Shown piece by piece: positions 14,967-20,000 of a stretch of DNA of 20,000 nucleotides. Positions within the stretch are counted from its first letter, which is position 1. The number at the start of each line of letters is the position of its first letter. The DNA is from an uncultured virus (IMG/VR IMGVR_UViG_3300002071_000003) (Duplodnaviria > Heunggongvirae > Uroviricota > Caudoviricetes): positions 55,901-75,900 of the IMG/VR virus record IMGVR_UViG_3300002071_000003. The stretch is one strand, 5' to 3'. The notes under the pieces were generated by a model, which saw only the letters and a list, made by a program, of their open reading frames with translations, was not told where the DNA came from and did not search any database. The position numbers and the translations under genes were made by a program.

Positions 14967-15314
14967 CTATTTCTTTTCCTTCTGATCCCCTTCCACTTTC
15001 TTTACAGCTTTCTTATCAGTTAAATCTACTGGAAACTGCTTGATTGTTTCTGGATTGTCGGGGGTTATTTCTTCTCCCTTGGTGTCAGAAGTAACCCGTG
15101 GATCGCCTTTATTATCTGAATCCACCATTTTAATTCCCTCCGTGTCAGCAAAAGTACCGGGTTTCTTACGATCAATGGCATTCATTCTTGGTAACTTCTC
15201 TCCACCCTTAGCATAACTTCCAGAATCATCTATGCGCTTTTTGGCGTTTTTTTGGGGAAACCTTTCCTGCCCTGTAGCAAAGTTACCTGTATCTGCCACA
15301 TAAGACTCCCCCAT
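14967..15314 (-). CDS. Hypothetical highly charged, probably disordered protein
   Basis: 115-aa K/D/E-rich ORF filling the gap after the tRNA-Ser genes. The start is uncertain because no clear RBS is visible. Confidence 0.6.
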   Translation of the reverse strand: MGESYVADTGNFATGQERFPQKNAKKRIDDSGSYAKGGEKLPRMNAIDRKKPGTFADTEGIKMVDSDNKGDPRVTSDTKGEEITPDNPETIKQFPVDLTDKKAVKKVEGDQKEKK

Positions 15315-15326
15315 ACGGTTTTAAAT

Positions 15327-15410
15327 TGGCGGAATGGATCGGTGACGATCCGACAACAGTTTCCTGCACCTGTTTAGCGGACAGGCTCCTAACCACTTCG
15401 GTTCCATTCC
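15327..15410 (-). tRNA. tRNA-Ser(GCU), atypical
   Basis: Acceptor GGAATGG/CCATTCC, anticodon arm CCTGT-CCGCTAA-ACAGG (C33), long variable arm, T loop ATCGTCA, G73 then CCA. Confidence 0.8.
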
Positions 15411-15415
15411 AAAAT

Positions 15416-15504
15416 TGGCGGATGGTAGAGGATTCGAACCCCTGTAGCTATTACACCTTACCAGTTTTCAAGACTAGCGCCTTACCAGACTCGGCCAACC
15501 ATCC
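15416..15504 (-). tRNA. tRNA-Ser(UGA)
   Basis: Acceptor GGATGGT/ACCATCC, anticodon arm CTAGT-CTTGAAA-ACTGG, long variable arm, T arm AGGGG-TTCGAAT-CCTCT, G73 then CCA. Confidence 0.94.
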
Positions 15505-15513
15505 ATTTAATCT

Positions 15514-15792
15514 TCAAGCACAATCACCATTTCTATTTGTTGCGGATCGGCGTCGAGCGAGTCCGGGCGTGTACTGATCGGTAATCGGGCGAGTGACCTT
15601 GTACGTTCCGGGCTCACCCCCGATGCGCCCACCAGCGCGTGCGGCGGCGTCGAAGCTCGCCTGAACGGCCTCCGTATCGTCCGCTATGCCGTCACCGACT
15701 GCCCCGAAGTTGTGAGGGTCGAAGGTCAGATCATCCACACCGAAGTCCAAAGGGGACTGCCACTCACCGGGCTTGCTCATCTCATCCTCCAT
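15514..15792 (-). CDS. Short GC-rich ORF carrying only the pectate_lyase_3/tailspike opening motif
   Basis: FDPHNFGAVGDGIADDTEAVQASFDAAARAGG.....PGTYKVT, with no beta-helix body following. Start may be 15792 or 15780. Confidence 0.65.
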   Translation of the reverse strand: MEDEMSKPGEWQSPLDFGVDDLTFDPHNFGAVGDGIADDTEAVQASFDAAARAGGRIGGEPGTYKVTRPITDQYTPGLARRRSATNRNGDCA

Positions 15793-15902
15793 GTTGCCTC
15801 CCACTTATAATAGCCTCCATCCTTATCGGGATAGACTGTAAAGTCCCTAACATCTAATTCCACCTGATGCCCCGATTTGGTATAAATTCTAATCTTAGGC
15901 AT
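15777..15902 (-). CDS. Small hypothetical protein, possibly truncated by the GC-rich insert
   Basis: Below the track cutoff. MPKIRIYTKSGHQVELDVRDFTVYPDKDGGYYKWEATWRMR, starting 5 nt after the upstream stop. Confidence 0.5.
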   Translation of the reverse strand: MPKIRIYTKSGHQVELDVRDFTVYPDKDGGYYKWEATWRMR

Positions 15903-15906
15903 TTAT

Positions 15907-16272
15907 CTACTCTTCCTCGTACTCTTGATATGGGACACCTAATTGTTGCGCCCAATAAACTGTATTCGCGGTTCCTCCCTGTTGAAACCTGCCCTTGCCA
16001 TAAAAGGCTACTACCACGTCACTATGTTCCACAATTTGTTTATTACGGGCAAAGGTGGCACCTTTTCCGAGTCTTGCATAGTTAGGATAGAAAATCGTAA
16101 TTTCCATTCCAGCATCCTTTGCGAAGCGCTGTCCCATAGAATCTGCTCCAACGGCACCACCTGAAACGATGGTGTCGCCATCCACAGCCATAGACGTAAG
16201 TTTAGTGGCAAGTTGTTGATAATTTCCGAAAACTCTACTACCGACAACGCCGATTCGCTTTCCAACTAACAT
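15907..16272 (-). CDS. SLOG superfamily protein (DprA/YspA-like Rossmannoid)
   Basis: RIGVVGSR, IVSGGAVGADS, ARNKQIVEHSDVVVAF and GGTANT motifs. Confidence 0.85.
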   Translation of the reverse strand: MLVGKRIGVVGSRVFGNYQQLATKLTSMAVDGDTIVSGGAVGADSMGQRFAKDAGMEITIFYPNYARLGKGATFARNKQIVEHSDVVVAFYGKGRFQQGGTANTVYWAQQLGVPYQEYEEE

Positions 16273-16544
16273 TAGCCTCCCTTTCGGCGCTTTTTGGCTA
16301 TTAGCGTCTCTACCTGATCTTTTGTCATTTCTCCCATAAGAATAACATCCTGAAAGGTTTTAGAACCGTATTTCATGTGGTTTGTGTCAGTGAACACATA
16401 AATCTCGGTTAGTATCTTTTGTACTTGATATACAATTGGGTCCTCTTCTTTTAAGGGAAACATCTCCATACTTGGAGGACCAACCCCTTCAGTTAGTCCA
16501 TCAATCCCATTAACATATTTACGTATTGAATCGGTAACGTCCAA
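16272..16544 (-). CDS. Hypothetical protein
   Basis: 90-aa ORF with a TTG start after an AGGTGA RBS, and a TAATG overlap with the next gene. Confidence 0.65.
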   Translation of the reverse strand: MDVTDSIRKYVNGIDGLTEGVGPPSMEMFPLKEEDPIVYQVQKILTEIYVFTDTNHMKYGSKTFQDVILMGEMTKDQVETLIAKKRRKGG

Positions 16545-16554
16545 TCATATTCAC

Positions 16555-18321
16555 CTAGTCCTTTTTCCAGATATCTGAAACTACTGCGTCTGCCTTGATA
16601 GGCACGGATTTTAGCAGGGTCTTCGCTGCATTAATCATCGAAGCCTCTACTACTTCCTTAACAGTCTCGGCAGATCGCTCGTGGGCTAGGACAACGATTT
16701 CGTCATGGACCTGTAGAATTATAGTAGCACGTAGGTCGTAAAGGTTCAACTCATTGTAAATATCGAGTAATGCCAGTTTGGTGATATCAGCGTTTGTGCC
16801 CTGAATTACCGCATTAGCCGCTTGGCGCTTAATGGATGCTACCTTATTATCGTAATCCATGCCCTGACTGGGCTTTACGAACCATCTTCTGCGCCCTAGC
16901 ATAGTTTCGGAGTAATCACGAGCAAATCCTGCATTTCCTGCATATGTAAGCCATTCGATAGCTTTTTTATAGGTTTTCTTGTATCGGAACAGCAAACTCT
17001 TCGTATCCTCGACGGAAATCCACTCTTTTCGGTTCTTTCCATTGTTCAGCATATCTCTCAACTTCATATAACCCATTCCGTAGGCTAATCCAAAGTTGAT
17101 AGTCTTAGCGATGAAGCGCTGCTCTTTATCAATGCTATCAATGGGAAGATTAAACATCTGCGCTGCTGTCGCCTTGTGTGGATCGCCGCCCATTTCAAAG
17201 GCATTTGTCAATCCGGGGTCTTGACTTAGCTCTGCTAAAATTCTCAACTCAATCTGAGAGTAGTCAGCGACAACAATCTTGTAGCCCGGTAGACTTACGC
17301 AGTAACGAAACTCTACAGGCATCTGCTGTAGATTTGGATTTCTACACGCAAATCTTCCGGTTTGTGTGCCTATTTGTTGCCAATCTGGATGAATTCTGCC
17401 CGTAAATGGGTGAATTGCACCAAGAAACGTTTCCCCGTAAGACGACTGGATTTTCTGTAGTTTTCGGTAATTTAGCAGTTCTACGGCAGCGGGATGCTCA
17501 ATAAGAGACAGTTCTCGCACATTTGTAGCATTAATATTGATTCCGAGCTTCTTAAAACTCTCCAAAATCTGTTTGGGACTGTTTAGATTGATAGCATCGC
17601 GCTCGAACATTCCTGTCTGCTCATCAAGCAGCCCGCCGTCGAATAGCAATTCATGCATCTTTAGGCGGGAATCTTCGTGCTCCTTCTCATAGTCTTTGAG
17701 TCTAGACTTCCATCTATCAGTATTGATAGGTACACCCTCCAACTCCATAGCCGCCAGAACGCGCACCAACTCAAATTCCAGATCAGCAACGCGCTCTAAT
17801 CCGAAGTCTTTAAGCAGTTTCTTCTGTGCTTCCCAAATCGGGAATAGAATCTCCGCGTCTTTGGCCGCATACGTAATCTGCTCATCAGAAAAGGAACTAT
17901 TTGTTGAATCAAAGAATGTGGTTCTAACACTCTTGTCTAGAACTTCGCCAGTATACTTTAAGGCCACCATCGCCAAAGATGGAAACGGAACATCAGTAAT
18001 TAGCTGTTCTGCCAAGAAAGTGTCAAAAATACCCTTTAGTTCAGCTTGTAGGAAGTAGTTTAGAAATTTAGCCTCAAATTTAGCATTATGGGCTAATTTA
18101 AGCCATTTTCGATCTTCAAAGTATGGTTTGAGAAATTTGAGGTCGCTTTTAACCCCATTAAGCACAAAAACAGACTTATCGGGGAAACCAATCTGTGCCA
18201 GAAGGATTCTAGAGTCTAACGGGCTTAAACCGCTGGTTTCCAAGTCGATTGAAAATGTGTCATACTCGTTAAATTTGGAAAGAAGGTTTGGATTGTTCGA
18301 TTCGACAAGGCTCCAAGCCAC
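16555..18321 (-). CDS. polA: DNA polymerase family A (3'-5' exonuclease plus polymerase, no 5'-3' exonuclease)
   Basis: Exonuclease motifs DLETSGL, HNAKFE and YAAKDAE. Polymerase motifs TQTGRF...PNLQQ, DYSQIELR, RFIAKTINFGLAYG (Phe at the E. coli 762-equivalent site) and QVHDEIV. Confidence 0.97.
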   Translation of the reverse strand: MAWSLVESNNPNLLSKFNEYDTFSIDLETSGLSPLDSRILLAQIGFPDKSVFVLNGVKSDLKFLKPYFEDRKWLKLAHNAKFEAKFLNYFLQAELKGIFDTFLAEQLITDVPFPSLAMVALKYTGEVLDKSVRTTFFDSTNSSFSDEQITYAAKDAEILFPIWEAQKKLLKDFGLERVADLEFELVRVLAAMELEGVPINTDRWKSRLKDYEKEHEDSRLKMHELLFDGGLLDEQTGMFERDAINLNSPKQILESFKKLGININATNVRELSLIEHPAAVELLNYRKLQKIQSSYGETFLGAIHPFTGRIHPDWQQIGTQTGRFACRNPNLQQMPVEFRYCVSLPGYKIVVADYSQIELRILAELSQDPGLTNAFEMGGDPHKATAAQMFNLPIDSIDKEQRFIAKTINFGLAYGMGYMKLRDMLNNGKNRKEWISVEDTKSLLFRYKKTYKKAIEWLTYAGNAGFARDYSETMLGRRRWFVKPSQGMDYDNKVASIKRQAANAVIQGTNADITKLALLDIYNELNLYDLRATIILQVHDEIVVLAHERSAETVKEVVEASMINAAKTLLKSVPIKADAVVSDIWKKD

Positions 18322-19307
18322 GGTAGTTTCTCCTTCACTATTTCGGCAAATAGTCTTTCTCCATCTAGTCGCTCCCCTAATTTGGAGATATCTAGTTTAT
18401 CATCGCCCACTCTAAGGGAAGAGTAATCGAGGATCATGGTTTTTCCATTATCTATCTTATGTTCAAGAGAATGGGCAGCACTCATACCAATACCGCTTTG
18501 ATCGTAGTCCGGTATAATAACAACCCTCTTATCTTTGATTGACGCTATATTGGGCCTAGAAATATTTGTTCCACCCGCAGAGATAGCAGGATAGCCCCAC
18601 TGTTTTAGTGTAAGCCAGTCGAACTGGCCCTCCACCAGAAATACAACAGGAGAAGGCTGAATAGCTGCTAATCCAATAATCGGCTTTGGCATTCTCAGTC
18701 CAAGGTACTTTACCCTGTCATTGATAACTGTTCTACCCACCATGAAGTCTACCATCTCGGTAGATGCTATGATATTGGGAATAATGATCCTGTGGGACAA
18801 GGCTTCTACCCCATCCTTATTTATTAACCCTACTTCTGCGCCTAAGGCGGCGTCAAAGGCATTACTGATATTGAGAACGAACCCATCAGTGTAGCCTATC
18901 AAGTATTTCTTGATTGTATCTTCTGTTAAACCACGACGCAATAAGTACTCCATAGCACCCCTGTTGCGCCATAGGAATTGATGATACAGGAAAGCTACAT
19001 CGTATAGAAACTGCCATGTCTCTGATACGTTCTTAACCTTGATAACGCCTGTAGCCTTTTCCTTGATAATGTCCTGACCTACATACTCATAGGCTGCTTT
19101 AGGGTCCATATTTTTATAGTCAATTAAGAATTTGACTGCATCGCCCCATGCGCCACAACCAAAACAATAATATGACTCATTCGGATAAACAGTAAAGGAA
19201 GGTGTGTGATCGCCCGTATGAAACGGACAATGGCCAACACTCCTTCCATTATACCCTTGTGTTAACTTTATATCGCTTTCTGCTAATATTTCTAGCAAGC
19301 TTTTCAT
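18225..19307 (-). CDS. dnaG: DNA primase (CHC2 zinc finger plus TOPRIM)
   Basis: CPFH...TPSF...YYCFGCG, VEGQFDWL and IPDYDQSG. Likely start is ATG 19307, right after the RNR stop. Confidence 0.92.
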   Translation of the reverse strand: MKSLLEILAESDIKLTQGYNGRSVGHCPFHTGDHTPSFTVYPNESYYCFGCGAWGDAVKFLIDYKNMDPKAAYEYVGQDIIKEKATGVIKVKNVSETWQFLYDVAFLYHQFLWRNRGAMEYLLRRGLTEDTIKKYLIGYTDGFVLNISNAFDAALGAEVGLINKDGVEALSHRIIIPNIIASTEMVDFMVGRTVINDRVKYLGLRMPKPIIGLAAIQPSPVVFLVEGQFDWLTLKQWGYPAISAGGTNISRPNIASIKDKRVVIIPDYDQSGIGMSAAHSLEHKIDNGKTMILDYSSLRVGDDKLDISKLGERLDGERLFAEIVKEKLPWLGALSNRTIQTFFPNLTSMTHFQSTWKPAV

Positions 19308-19308
19308 T

Positions 19309-20000
19309 TTACACCATTGCAAACGGGGAATCTACCCTCTCATGAATTTCGATACCATGAGTATCACACATTCCATCGGGACAATCTAGACTAGACTGTT
19401 CCTCAATTGTTGAGGCATGAGTTTTTGTGCTCTTTATTAACTGTTTTGCCTCGTCCAGCGGGATAGCCTCTAGCGGCTCCTGCCCGCGTGAGCCAGCCCT
19501 GTAGAACGTTGTGCCCTTTAGGTCTGGTAGATACTCTAGCCAAAGATCACTGAGAGATTCAACAGGAAAGTTTGACGGTAAGTTGATTGTCTTTGACACA
19601 GCATTATCGATGTGTGCTTGGCAAATACGTTGAACATCGAAGTGAGTTTCTGGCTCAATATCATATGCGCCTTCCAGCACAGATTTATCTTCAACAGTAT
19701 CCCACAACGGATCGATAACTAATTCCTTGTCTAACTGTCTACTTCCATCAGGTGTGGGTCTAAAGAATCTTCGCCAGTATGCGGGTGCAAAAAGAGGCTC
19801 AATTCCTGTAGATACGTTACTAACCATTCCGGTTGTTCCAGTAGGTGCGATAGTGAGGATTGCAGCATTTCTAATCCCGCCCTTTCTGATTTTACTGCGG
19901 ATAGAAGAAGATAAAGCTCGTCTTGCAAAGCCTGAGTCGAGGAATCTTTCGTCAAAGCCTCCAAAAGAGCCTTTTTCTGCGGCGAGTGAGATAGACGCAA
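19309..20000 (-). CDS. nrdJ: Ribonucleotide reductase catalytic subunit, C-terminal part (probably class II, B12-dependent); runs off the right edge
   Basis: The frame is open to the window edge: ...LAAEKGSF...GIRNAAILTIAPTGTTGMVSNVSTGIEPLF...QAHIDNAVSKTINLP...KGTTFYRAGSR...CPDGMC. Class assignment is tentative. Confidence 0.88.
   Translation of the reverse strand, partial: ASISLAAEKGSFGGFDERFLDSGFARRALSSSIRSKIRKGGIRNAAILTIAPTGTTGMVSNVSTGIEPLFAPAYWRRFFRPTPDGSRQLDKELVIDPLWDTVEDKSVLEGAYDIEPETHFDVQRICQAHIDNAVSKTINLPSNFPVESLSDLWLEYLPDLKGTTFYRAGSRGQEPLEAIPLDEAKQLIKSTKTHASTIEEQSSLDCPDGMCDTHGIEIHERVDSPFAMV

Noticed and set aside
9040..15577. ORF-track entries overlapping RNA genes (9040..9240, 9564..9860, 11873..12097, 14147..14653, 15326..15577) and the N-terminal extensions of 10704..11081 and 11647..11958
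   Set aside because: They read through tRNA or Y-like RNA sequences and have no protein-like features.
15514..15804. Diversity-generating retroelement template repeat for the tailspike at 1..276
   Set aside because: Similarity is at protein-motif level only, with no near-identical DNA differing at adenines and no reverse transcriptase in the window.
19731..20000. 89-aa ORF at the right edge
   Set aside because: It is an alternative frame. The RNR frame is open across the same bases and carries conserved motifs.

Overview
A 20 kb piece of a large dsDNA phage genome, with essentially everything on the minus strand. In transcription order (right to left) it has three parts. (1) A replication/nucleotide module: ribonucleotide reductase C-terminus, DnaG-type primase, family A DNA polymerase and a SLOG-family protein. 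(2) A ~6.5 kb RNA-centred island: 10 CCA-encoded tRNAs, thyX, a Ro60/Rsr (TROVE-vWA) gene and, just downstream of it, an array of six related non-coding RNAs. (3) A virion/tail module: a Ser/Thr-rich protein, a glycosyltransferase-methyltransferase fusion, a 1885-aa repeat protein with an inserted LamG domain, and the start of a tailspike. The main observation is the Ro60 plus six-RNA array. All six RNAs share one scaffold (P1-YAGUGMMG-P2-WUWCUUC-variable domain-P2'-AAUYCU-P1') but carry different inserts. Two inserts are circularly permuted tRNA mimics, one with an intact Lys(UUU) anticodon stem-loop and one Pro-like. All calls come from reading motifs and base-pairing by eye; no searches or folding programs were run.
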